DNA of 64,000 nucleotides, taken from positions 62,001 to 126,000 of the forward strand of contig OZ025680.1 of assembly GCA_964019335.1 (NCBI GenBank), read 5' to 3'. Both the position numbers and the translations under genes were made by a program. A model generated the notes under the pieces. It worked only from the letters and a program-made list of their open reading frames with translations, ran no database searches and was not told the origin of the DNA. Below are positions 35,276 through 45,466 of the stretch, piece by piece; the stretch's first letter is position 1, and each line of letters opens with the position of its first letter. This stretch comes from Diplonema japonicum (taxonomy: Eukaryota > Protista > Euglenozoa: Diplonemea).

Positions 35276-38200
35276 CTAAACAACGGTTGTGTGGTCCCCT
35301 TTGGTGGGTTCGTTCTCCGTGAAAGCGGCCTTTGGCTTGCGCAGGAAGAAGTAGTAGACGAGGAAAGCAACGACAGCGACAACAACAAGAGAGCCGAACA
35401 CGATGCCGACGATGGCGCCCGTCGAGAGCGAGTCGCCCCCGTCGCCCCCCTGCTGGTCCTCCTCCTTCGGAGTAGGAAGCGGTGCCCTCTCGTTGGTCAC
35501 GGTCACGTCCTGCAGCTCCCCGCCCAGCCGGCCCTCGATCATTGCCTTGTTCGCCTGCAGCCTGTCTCGCACCGCCCCATTGTCCATCTCAGAGGGGACC
35601 CTCAGGTCTGCCGTCACCGTGATGCTCTCCGCCGATCCTTGCTGTGTTGTTATTGCTGCACGCCCTGTCGAAGAGGCTCCCTCTCCACACCTCACGCAGT
35701 ACCCGCTTGTCGCCCTTTCCAGACACACGTTGAAGCAGCTCGCCCTCCCCCCCAGCAACAGCTCCAGTGCGGGCATGAGGTCCCTGCTCCCCGCCACAGC
35801 CTTCCCCATGTCGCTCGAGGCGATGCGGAAGACTGCCCGCACTCCCCTCAACCCGGTCTCGGGGGAGAGAGTCACCGGCTCTTGCGTGGGAGGGACAGGT
35901 TCAGGTTCCAACGTGGGTGCGGCGGTGACCGGGGGGTCTCTGCAGAAGTGCCTTGCCGTGAAGCCCGCTCCCTCCATTCCGAGGTCGGAGGTGAAGTGCA
36001 GGTACAGGTCCCCGGTGCTGGCAAGAACAGTCGTCTCGTTCCCCGTCACCTCCCCCAGCCACGCCCCCTCCCGCCCATAGATCCCCACCTTGTCGAAACC
36101 GGGCTCCAACGAGGCCTCCAGCGTCACACTCGACTCGTGTCCAGCAGGGCACCCCAGCCTCCAGCAGCGGTTCTTCAGAGGAAGGTAATCCTCCCTCTCC
36201 ACCTCATCCCCAGAATCAGCAGCAGCAGCAGGGTACTGTACAGTGCGGGAGTAGCTCTCAAAAGAGTGGTCGCAGTTCCTGTCGTTCTTCCCCCACGCGA
36301 TCGGGTTGCTCGGAACACTCAGCTCGACGCTCCTCTCCGGTGCCTCCTCCCCACACAGCCAGCGCAGCTCGAACTTGCTGTCCACCGTCTCGTCAAAGGT
36401 CGCCTTCACCACAATGTCGCCCGTGTAGCCAGCGTGCACCGTCCCAGTCCCCGTGAATCTGTCCAGCGGGGTCCTCCCGTCAGCCTTGTACACCTCCACG
36501 TAGTCGTACCCAGCCTCAAGCTCCAGGTTCATCGTCAGCACCTTCACAGGCTTCTCGCAGGTCAGCCGGATACACCTCTCCCCCTGCAAGGTCCACCTGA
36601 AGGACCCGGCCTCACTGTTGTAGGTGCTGTACGAAGAGCAGTGCTCCTTCACCGGGATCAGGGACGAGTAGTCGCACGTCCAGGAGAACGACGCGGCCGA
36701 CCCCAGGGGGAGCGCGGCCTCCAGCGACACCGCCGCCTGTTGCGTCATCCTCACCGTGGGGTTCGCCGGACCGAGAGGCAACCCATCGCCGTCGCTGCTG
36801 CTGCTCCTCTTGACAGAGAGGGCCGACCCAGAAACGTGTGTAAGGGTCAAAGGCACGCTGTAGTCGCAGGTGAGGTCCCAGCAGTGCACAGGGCTGTCCT
36901 TCTCCACCACCACAAGCCCAGGTATATCATCCCGAGGAGCGCATTTAAAGTTCCAGCTCACCTGTGCCCAGCCGCCCCCACCCTTCGTCATCAACACTGC
37001 GTTCCTCATCACCTCCATGATCTGGTACTGGTAGCCGTTCCCTCCCACGATCCTGTAATTCTCCACCTCGTCCCCTGTGTCCACCTCGAAGCGCCCGTCG
37101 CCTTCTCTCAGGTCATAAGTCACATTGATGTACAGTCGCTCCGGCGGACTCAGCGTGATGTACCAGCAGGTTGTCGTCTCGTCCGTCTCGTTCGTGCTGA
37201 AGCTTCCGGACCACCCGGAGAGGCGTTGGCAGTCCCCCGAAGGTGGCGACAGGGTTCTCGGAGCATCTGTCTCCGGAACCCCGCACGTCCAGTCCAAAGA
37301 GAAGGCCTCCCCGAGCCCGTAGGTCCCGATGTTCCGGATGTTTGAGGTCACCACCACGTCCCCCGTCAGGCTCACCACAGTGTCGCGGACAAGGTTCGCC
37401 GCGTAGCTGCTGTCTACCACTTGCACGTAGTCCCCCTGAGTCCCCAGAGTGAGGTTCAGCGTCACCGTCTGGTCGCATCGGATCGTCCAGCACTCATTCC
37501 CAGTCTCCTCCACGTCTTGGCGGGGATAGGTGAGCACACCAGCCGTCAGGTCCTGGCACTTGCACGACCAGTTGAGCGTCATCGCCTTCCGCGTCCTCCC
37601 CAACACCACAGAGTTCACGTTCGTCACGACAACCCTGGTTCCGCACTCAGCCGTCGCAAGAAGGTTCTCCTCTGTGTCGAGGAGCGGGGTGGAGTAGTCG
37701 CAGGTCATTATGAAACCCCTGAACAAAATCTTCTGCGAGGGGATGGGACACCGAAAGTGCCAGCAGTCCACGACCTTTGCATCCGCGCTCCCGATCCGGG
37801 ATGTCTTTGTCGCCCCATCGTCGTCGTTGTTGTAGTCGACCGTGGTGCACGACCCCCACCGCCCGCAGCCCCAGTTCAGCACCGCGCTCCCGTGGACCAC
37901 CACCTGCGTCCGGTTTGCGAGGTTCCTGCTTATGAAGGTGTCATGCACCCGGTCAACCGTCCCCGTCTCCAGGTCCAGCAAGGTCACAAAGCCCACGAGG
38001 TACGCCGCGGAGAAGAGGAACTCCCCGTCGCACCCCACTCGGAAGCAGTCGCCGTGCACCACCGAGGTTGGCGTCCCTGCCGGGAGCTCCGGACACGGGT
38101 CTGCAGGAAGGCAGTTGAACTCCAATTCGAAGGTGCTGAAGGGGCGTGTCTCGTAGACCACCTCAACCTCCAGGTTCCCGTTCGTGCTGACCCTGTCGGA

Positions 38201-40381
38201 GGATCCTTCCCCGAACCCCACCCTCTGCAGCAGCATCTGAGCCTCGTCCCTGATCTCGATGCTCTCGTTGTAGGCGATGTGCCACTTCGCGTTCACGACC
38301 TCAGACCTCCCCCCGCCCCCGCACTCCAGCAGGTACTTCACAGTCGACTTCGCCGTCGCCTTCCTCGTCACCAGCGATGTGGAGCTGACTGTCACCATGC
38401 GCCCCTCCTCGAACCCAGGGGGGGTGAAGGGAGCAGGTTCCGGGAGGGGGCTGTTTGTGCATGTCCAGCTGAAGCGGAACCCGCTCCCCTTCGGGTGGAA
38501 CCCGGACCTGAAGCGGACCCTCAAGGATCTCTCGAAGGAGCGTGGAGGGGGAGCTGTCTGCCCACTCAGGTGCGTTGCAACCACCCACTCGCCGTCGTCC
38601 TTCTCCTCCTCCAGAGTCAGCAGGTCGCCGCCGCTGTTGTCCTCGCTCGTCACGTCCAGGTACTGCCACCTCACCTCCATGTGCCGCGTGCTGCAGCTCA
38701 GTGTCCAGCACTCGTCTGCGAATGCGGGGTAGCGCCCGTTGTCCCCTGGGTAGCTCAGCACACCACCACCACCTTCTTCTTCGGATGAGGGAACCACTGC
38801 CGTGCACCTTGGACTCATCGGTGTCTTGCACTCCCAAGAGAACTCGAACTGGGCACCAACACTCTTCGTTCGGGAAGAGACCATCATCGCAGCACCAGCA
38901 CCAGCACCAGCACCACTGCCGGAGACAACCAAAGGGTGCCCAGGGGAGGTGTCCCCCTCCCACACCGCCCCATCCAGCCGGTAGAAGTTGTCCAAATGTT
39001 GCAGCCTTGCGAGGTTCATACCGTCGCTCGGCTCGACAGAACCCATCGTGACGTGGAGCTCCTCCCCGACCGTTGGGCAGAGCATCACCCAGCACTTCGA
39101 CTCGAATCGAGTGGTCTTGTAGGACACGGTACCTGTTGTCGAAGTGCTAGGGACGACGCTGCCCCCACAGATGCCCGTCCCCAGGAACTGAGCCCCGTCT
39201 CCCGGGGTCGTCGACTGGTTCTCGTCGCACCGCATGAACAGCGCCTTGTTCGGGGTTGCCTTCACCAGCACTCCCTCCAGAGCCGACTCCAGCAGCCACA
39301 CCTTCACGTCCAACGGGGATGCTGCAGGGTTCCCGCTCAAGAAGGCGGCCGCTGCCCCCGCCGCGTAGCCGGCCGCCGCAGAGGACCCAGACTTCGTCAC
39401 CCCGCCGTCCAGATCGTCTGCAGAGGCCCCCAGAACCCCCTCACCAGGCGCGAAGAGGTCAGCGTACAGCACAGAGCTGGTGGTCTCCCCCTCCTTGTTG
39501 TGGGCCCCGACAGAGATCACCTCGTCCACCCTTTTGGAGAGAGAGCTCCCCCTGGTGTTCCCGGCTGAGGTCACCACCGCTATCCCGAGCTCAATGAGGG
39601 CGCGAACCGCCATGTGCACCGTCTCAGAATCGCTGGGGTCAAAGGCCATCACCACGAGGGAGGGGGGCTGTCCCATCTTCTTGCTGGTGACAGCGACTTG
39701 AGTCAACACCTCCACCATCCCGCTGCCCAACACGGTCCCAGAGGAGGAAACCACCTTCATCGACATCACAGTGGCCCGCCTCGCCACGCCGTAGGTGCTT
39801 CCCGCGACAAGGCTCGCGACGTAGGTCCCGTGGCCGTGGTCGTCGCTCAGAAGCTCATCGCCCACCACCCCTTGGTAGCCCAACCAGTTGTAGCAGCGCC
39901 CCTTCAGCTCCCTGTGCCCGCACTCCACTCCGGTGTCGAGGACGAACACGTAGGCCCCTTCTCCCCAGTCAGAGTTGTGCTTGAAGGATTGTTGGCTTCC
40001 GGTGGTGTTGGTGCTGTCGCCGCCGCTTGCCTCCCAGTCCTGCCTGTGTGTGAGCCTGCTGAGACCCCAGAGCCCTTCCGCCCCAGCAGCCTCCTCGACA
40101 CAGCCCCCAGGCATCGCGTGCAGCACGTCTTCGTGGACAACATCACGCTCCACAGCCACCCTCCCCTCGAGGAACTGCTCCAGCTGCTCCACCTCCCTCT
40201 CGCTCGCCCCTTTGCAATGCACCGCACTGAAGCCCCCGAACTTGAAGGCCGCACTGCTGGTCCCGCACACACGGCGCACCTCCCGCACGTCCGCCTCCGT
40301 GCTGTTCCTGTGCATGGTAACGAGGTATCCCGCGTCGCTCAGCACCCCTGCGCACAGCAAGGGGAGAAGCAAGGCTCCCAT
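35276..40381 (-). CDS. Membrane-anchored subtilisin (S8) with multiple CUB-like domains, copy 1 (1701 aa, intronless)
   Basis: Signal peptide, I9-like prodomain, [29 protein letters not shown]; CUB motifs ([16 protein letters not shown]...FTSD...GF); C-terminal TM. Confidence 0.9.
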   Translation of the reverse strand: MGALLLPLLCAGVLSDAGYLVTMHRNSTEADVREVRRVCGTSSAAFKFGGFSAVHCKGASEREVEQLEQFLEGRVAVERDVVHEDVLHAMPGGCVEEAAGAEGLWGLSRLTHRQDWEASGGDSTNTTGSQQSFKHNSDWGEGAYVFVLDTGVECGHRELKGRCYNWLGYQGVVGDELLSDDHGHGTYVASLVAGSTYGVARRATVMSMKVVSSSGTVLGSGMVEVLTQVAVTSKKMGQPPSLVVMAFDPSDSETVHMAVRALIELGIAVVTSAGNTRGSSLSKRVDEVISVGAHNKEGETTSSVLYADLFAPGEGVLGASADDLDGGVTKSGSSAAAGYAAGAAAAFLSGNPAASPLDVKVWLLESALEGVLVKATPNKALFMRCDENQSTTPGDGAQFLGTGICGGSVVPSTSTTGTVSYKTTRFESKCWVMLCPTVGEELHVTMGSVEPSDGMNLARLQHLDNFYRLDGAVWEGDTSPGHPLVVSGSGAGAGAGAAMMVSSRTKSVGAQFEFSWECKTPMSPRCTAVVPSSEEEGGGGVLSYPGDNGRYPAFADECWTLSCSTRHMEVRWQYLDVTSEDNSGGDLLTLEEEKDDGEWVVATHLSGQTAPPPRSFERSLRVRFRSGFHPKGSGFRFSWTCTNSPLPEPAPFTPPGFEEGRMVTVSSTSLVTRKATAKSTVKYLLECGGGGRSEVVNAKWHIAYNESIEIRDEAQMLLQRVGFGEGSSDRVSTNGNLEVEVVYETRPFSTFELEFNCLPADPCPELPAGTPTSVVHGDCFRVGCDGEFLFSAAYLVGFVTLLDLETGTVDRVHDTFISRNLANRTQVVVHGSAVLNWGCGRWGSCTTVDYNNDDDGATKTSRIGSADAKVVDCWHFRCPIPSQKILFRGFIMTCDYSTPLLDTEENLLATAECGTRVVVTNVNSVVLGRTRKAMTLNWSCKCQDLTAGVLTYPRQDVEETGNECWTIRCDQTVTLNLTLGTQGDYVQVVDSSYAANLVRDTVVSLTGDVVVTSNIRNIGTYGLGEAFSLDWTCGVPETDAPRTLSPPSGDCQRLSGWSGSFSTNETDETTTCWYITLSPPERLYINVTYDLREGDGRFEVDTGDEVENYRIVGGNGYQYQIMEVMRNAVLMTKGGGGWAQVSWNFKCAPRDDIPGLVVVEKDSPVHCWDLTCDYSVPLTLTHVSGSALSVKRSSSSDGDGLPLGPANPTVRMTQQAAVSLEAALPLGSAASFSWTCDYSSLIPVKEHCSSYSTYNSEAGSFRWTLQGERCIRLTCEKPVKVLTMNLELEAGYDYVEVYKADGRTPLDRFTGTGTVHAGYTGDIVVKATFDETVDSKFELRWLCGEEAPERSVELSVPSNPIAWGKNDRNCDHSFESYSRTVQYPAAAADSGDEVEREDYLPLKNRCWRLGCPAGHESSVTLEASLEPGFDKVGIYGREGAWLGEVTGNETTVLASTGDLYLHFTSDLGMEGAGFTARHFCRDPPVTAAPTLEPEPVPPTQEPVTLSPETGLRGVRAVFRIASSDMGKAVAGSRDLMPALELLLGGRASCFNVCLERATSGYCVRCGEGASSTGRAAITTQQGSAESITVTADLRVPSEMDNGAVRDRLQANKAMIEGRLGGELQDVTVTNERAPLPTPKEEDQQGGDGGDSLSTGAIVGIVFGSLVVVAVVAFLVYYFFLRKPKAAFTENEPTKGDHTTVV

Positions 40382-40655
40382 TGTTCTTGTTTTTTTTCTT
40401 TTTTTTTTTTTTCGAGTAAACTGTTGAAAAAGTAAAGCAATGTGAAGTGAGTGCCAAGGAGAGAATAGCAGAAAGAAGAGAGAAAGAGAGGGAGAAGCAA
40501 CGATCGCTTGTTCTTAGAAAACAAAATTTGATAAATTTCGGTGTGCGGGTGGGTGCTCACCGTTCTACGTACAAAAAAAAAAAGGGTAGATATCTTCTCG
40601 AAATTATCGACGAAGAAATCTTAAAACAGAAAACGGGTGTTTGAAGTAGTCCCCC

Positions 40656-40686
<31 letters not shown>

Positions 40687-40942
40687 ACCCCTCCTTCATG
40701 GATCAGTACCCTCGAAAGAGCCACATGAAGGGGTGTTCTTCTGGGGAGAAGGGACAACTCTGGGCAGAAAACAAACAGAATCGAGAGAGGGAAAAAGCAT
40801 AAGAAACACAATTTCTTTCAATCAGCAGTAGTAAGAAGAAAAAACAATTGTGTTCTTTTCTTCTTCTTCTTATTTTTTTTTTCTTTCCACTGTGTTCAAC
40901 AAAAGAGAATTCACTGCGATGGGCGAGTGTTAGCAACGGTTA

Positions 40943-41148
40943 GTGGGAATAAAAGCACTTCCCCAGGCAGTCCCTCCCGTTGCACCCGTCATCCACAGTG
41001 TCCACTCACATCTCCTCTCCCCTGCACTTCAGCCCAGCGATCCCCCCGCACTCCCCGTACTTCAACCCGTTGTTGGCGCCGTGTCCTGCGCTGCTCCCAC
41101 CAGAAGTACCGCCGCTCCCACCGCTAGCAGCATCTGCAAGTTTACCAT
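40943..41148 (-). pseudogene. Deleted remnant of a Cys-rich secreted repeat gene
   Basis: Signal-peptide-like MVNLQMLLAVGAAVLLVGAA, then out of frame KYGECGGIAGLKCRGEEM*VDTVDDGCNGRDCLGKC, homologous to 52078-52199. Confidence 0.7.
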
Positions 41149-41364
41149 CTTGTCAACCTTACAGAAGGGACGGTTGGGGTGCCTTCTTTGTTTCTCTTTT
41201 TTTTTTTTTTTTTGTGTGTGTGTGTATTAACCTGTTAGTGGTAAACCAGAAGGGAAGATGGGAAAACAGAAAAACAAACAAAATAGAAAAAGAGGGGCGA
41301 TAGCAAGTAAGTTAGAAAGCGAATGTTTATAAATTAAACAGCTTGTCCGTTATCCATATTATGA

Positions 41365-41592
41365 AGAACGGCTTGCTTTGCTTGTGCGTCAAGCTGCCCT
41401 TACTCTTTTATTTTTTCTCTTTTTTTTTCTTTCTTCTTTTCTTTTCTTGCAAAAATAGCAATCCTCTTCAAAGACTGTTTAGGTGAAAACGGCTTGCTTT
41501 GTTTGTGTAAAGCTGCCTCACCACTTCTTTTCAAAGTTTGTTTAATGAAACAGCAAGAAGTTTCCTGTTTTTTCTCTTCACTTTCTTCTTCT

Positions 41593-41625
<33 letters not shown>

Positions 41626-41780
41626 AAAAACAATAATTCTTCTCAAAGACTGTTTAGGTGAAAACGGGCTTGCTTTATCCGTGTAAAGCTGCCTCACCTT
41701 TTTTTTTTTTTTTTTTTTTTTTTTATAACAATTCTTTTCAAAGTTTGTTTAGGCGAAACAGCAAGAAATTTCTGTTTTTC
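41365..41780. repeat. Degenerate local tandem repeat (~180-bp period, interrupted by T-tracts)
   Basis: CAAAGACTGTTTAGGTGAAAACGG(G)CTTGCTTT...AAGCTGCCTCACC and TTCTTTTCAAAGTTTGTTTA...GAAACAGCAAGAA each recur; partial third unit at 41367. Confidence 0.75.
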
Positions 41781-42399
41781 TTCTTCTTTTTTTTTTTTTA
41801 AAAAACTATTTAACTCGAGCAGGGTTTTCAAGGGTGGGAGTGAAAACAAGATTTTACTTTGTGCCAACTTTCCAAACTTTGTTTTTCGCTCCCAGTTTGC
41901 CTTGACACCAGGTGCAGGAGTGAAAAAAAAAAAAAATGCAACATTAATTCACTCCTGCACCCAATTTCACCTAGACTTTTGTGACTTTCGTACAACTAGT
42001 CCTCTTTTATATTTATATATTGGAAACCATAACCATGAGGACAAGGCGAAGGGTACAAGGCAGAGGCGTAGAATGTCATGAAGGCAAGCTTGCCAGCGAA
42101 AAAGCGCCAGTACTATATTTCCAAGATAAAAAAAAAAGGCCACTCTTCTTCAGAGGTGTCTGTAACCTCCCACCCTTTCAAACCAGGTTCTTGTTAAATA
42201 AAACAACGGTAATAAGTGAAAATAGGAACATTATTCCACTTGTGGTGTCAGGGGTCAACTCGTAGGTTCTTTCTGTACTTCACTCGCTGCGCCCGTGAAA
42301 GTAAACTAAGCTGCCTACTCGTTAAACCCCCTGCCACCGCGTGAAAAAAATGTTCTCTTACTCTCACACTATATATATATATATATTTTTAAATAGCTA

Positions 42400-42431
<32 letters not shown>

Positions 42432-42990
42432 AGTCCTGACTCGTTTCATCGCCTTAGTTGTTCTGTCTGGGGTTCCGGTCCACACCAACAAGAACCACCT
42501 ACCTGTGACAGACTGCCACACGAAGTGCATGGTGTGAAGAGATCAGGCAGAACTCGAAGAGATGAAAGCAGGGGAAGAGGGCGAATTAAAAAAAGGGGAA
42601 TGAGTTCCCTTCATATGAAGCTAGAAAGAGAAAAAAAAAAGAAGGGGAAAAAAAAATGAGAAAAAAGTAGTGAAAACAAAATTCTTTTGCACGTGAACAA
42701 TGTAAAACGTACTTTCATGTGAAGAAGGGGGGAAATAAAATAAAAAAAACATGGGGTTTTTTTTTTTATATCCACCCGAGTGAAAATTCTCGTGGTGATC
42801 CCAGTGTTGTGGAAGTATATTCCCCACACCTCTCCGAACAACTTAGTGGTTCTCATCAGCTTGTCGTGCGAACAAAAAAAAAAAAAAAAAAAAAAAAAAG
42901 AAAAAGAAAAAGAAAAAAAAAGAGCCATTGAATTGAATTTTATTTTTGAATGGGTGGTTGCTCTTTTTCTTCTTTTTATATATATTATTA

Positions 42991-44595
42991 TTGTAAAACG
43001 AAAAACTCCCGGACGGAAAAATGTCCGAGTTTTTTTGGCGTCGTCCGGGAATTTTTTTTAGGTAAGGCCGTCAGGGGGCCTGGTCCACTACCACCTACAT
43101 ACTGGCCTGGGCTGCAAACGGCAACCGCGCGAAGAAACCCCCAGGGTTCCCTTTCTGCATCTTTGTCCTCCCTTGCTGCCCTGAGGCAATCAGCTTATGC
43201 CTTCGTGTGGCCTACTACCTTTCTTAATAGATGCTTTACAGCTGCGTTCAACCCAATATCCATCGGTTGACCATGTAGGTGAGCTCAGGGGGACTAAAGC
43301 AATGTGCACGTTTGCGCCTGCGAACCACTCTACGAACCCATAGGCATAGGTCGTGTGAGAGTTGTGGTCGCCGACAAGCAGCAGAATCGGCCCGTTCGGC
43401 AAAACCATGGGAATCGATGATTTATAGCAAAAAGGAAGAAACAGCTCCGTAACCCAGATACCGAGTATCATAATTAGCCCAATGATTGGGCGATGCCGTT
43501 AGGCTCCATTCGGTGGGCGGGTGCTTGACCGGGGCACGGATAATCCCTGCCGGTTGCGTTTCCGCTTTGCCTTTGTATTTAACCATCCAGCCAAGGAAAC
43601 AGCCAGCTGTTCGGTTATAGCCCGTTTTGTCCCCCAAGCCACGGACTTTTACGACCTTAGCACCCCTTTTTGTTTTGGTTTTTAACCCCGTATTCCAGAC
43701 CAATTCCGGCCTTACTTTATGGGTGTCGATTATGGACCTGAATTCCATGGTGAAACAGCGTGCCTTCTCGTTGTCCTTCTCGTTTCCGGGCTTTCCGGAG
43801 GTGGCTTGCGGCTTTTGTCTTTCTTGCTGCAAAATTTTGTCAGCCTAGCCAGTGGAAAAGGACAGTGCCCCACCAAAGTCTACCAGGTCTGTCTTTCGGG
43901 CTGGATTGGCGCACAGCAGCCCTTCTGCATAGGTGCATATTTGTTGTGCTGGGATAGGCTCACCAAGCCCGTTTACCTTTCGACTCAAGCAAAAACCTTT
44001 CAGCCCCCGAAGGATGCTAAATCCCGTATTGGGCGATACGCAGCTATCACGGCGTCGCGGCGGCCAGGGTGTGGTAGGGTGGAATAGCAACATCCAGTAT
44101 TTCCGTCTGGAAGAAACCGGGGGCTCTGTTGAACCTGTTGCTGCCGTCTTCTGACCGAGGCAGAGGCCGCCAAGCTGCTTTCGGGGGTTTGTACTGGCCC
44201 GGTGTAAGGAGTTTATCTCGGGGGTGAGCTGGCCGGGGGTGTCAGCACCAAAGTTGGGCCCCTCACAAGCCAGCTGCTCAACGTTCCTTGGGTAGTCGAA
44301 CTGGTCAATCTGACGAAAGAAGTACGGGTTTATGAGAAGTTAAAGATCCCGTGGGTGCTGTTTGTTGGTGCATTGAAAGGGGAAGAAAAATTTAAACTGC
44401 CACGCAGGGTGACATTTTGGCTCTGCACAAGGAATAAAGCCCTTCCAGGCAAACGTGGTGGGAGCTGCTACCCCCCTTAAGTAAAAAAACTTCTTCCCAG
44501 AAAAACTCCCGGACGGAAAAATGTCCGGGTTTTTTTTGGTGTCCGGGAGTTTTTCTGTCCGAGAATTTTTCCGTCCGACATTATTCGTTTTACAG
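42991..44595 (-). mobile_element. pogo/Tc1-mariner-like DNA transposon with decayed DDE transposase
   Basis: TA|TTGTAAAACGAA...CGGACGGAAAAA on the left and its inverse ...TTCGTTTTACAG|TA on the right. Fragments PELVWN...GAKVVKVRGLGDK and ILLLVGDHNSH...NVHIALVP resemble DDE_1. Absent from duplication unit 1. Confidence 0.8.
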
Positions 44596-45466
44596 TATTA
44601 AAAAAAAAAAACTTTCTTATGTTTGTTTGCAAAAGGTAGTCTCGATTTTAGTAGTTTGCCATGCAGTAGTTGTACAGCGGCCACCGTTGTGAAACTTTGC
44701 CGAAGCCTCCCAAGTCCCCCTGTGTCCCGTAGGGACCACAGAAGCAATTAAACACCCACTGGAGAGTACAAGGCCGCGGAGAGGCTCCTTGCCAGACCTG
44801 GTGAAACCAATTCCTTGTTCGATGTAAGGAGAGAGATGATAATTGGCGTCACGCGTTGGGAACACATACTACTCTACGTAAAAAAGCTTGTTTATCATAA
44901 AAGCTTGGGAAATAGAAAGCCAAAAAAGAAAAGGGATAAAAAAACCGATACGGTCAGTTATCAAGTTGTCAATTGTCACAGGTGTGCAACGAAACACCTC
45001 ACAAAAAAAGCGAAAACAGATGGGAGAACAAAAAAAAAATTCAAAGTACAGGACAAGCCCCGGCGTGGGGTCTATCCGATTGAGGCCGTGAGCTTCTCTT
45101 GCGGAGTCGAGTGACGCGGTCTCGCTTGTAAGCAACTTTCAATTCCATCAGATTGTCGTGCGTGGGGCGGGTGGCGAAAATGGGCCTATAGCCAATAGCC
45201 TTACAATGGCAATGAGGGGCTTCACTCAAAAAAATAAAAACCTACTTCTGTGAGCAACAGGAGCTTACAATGAGGATTTCGAATTAATTCACTGACACCC
45301 AATCACGCAAAGATCCAGAGGAGGTCTTGCAGAGTGCTCGGAGAAACAAAATAAAAAACAGCAAAACAAAAGATAATAGAATAGTAAGAAGATGAGGAAC
45401 AGTCAGAACGAAGGTAACAAAACTATACGAATTAAATATAATCCTTCACCTCTTCTCTGTCCCCGC

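Noticed and set aside
42265-42285. TTTCTGTACTT, similar to part of euglenozoan spliced-leader sequences
   Set aside because: Only 11 nt match; the rest of the leader and the donor site are absent.
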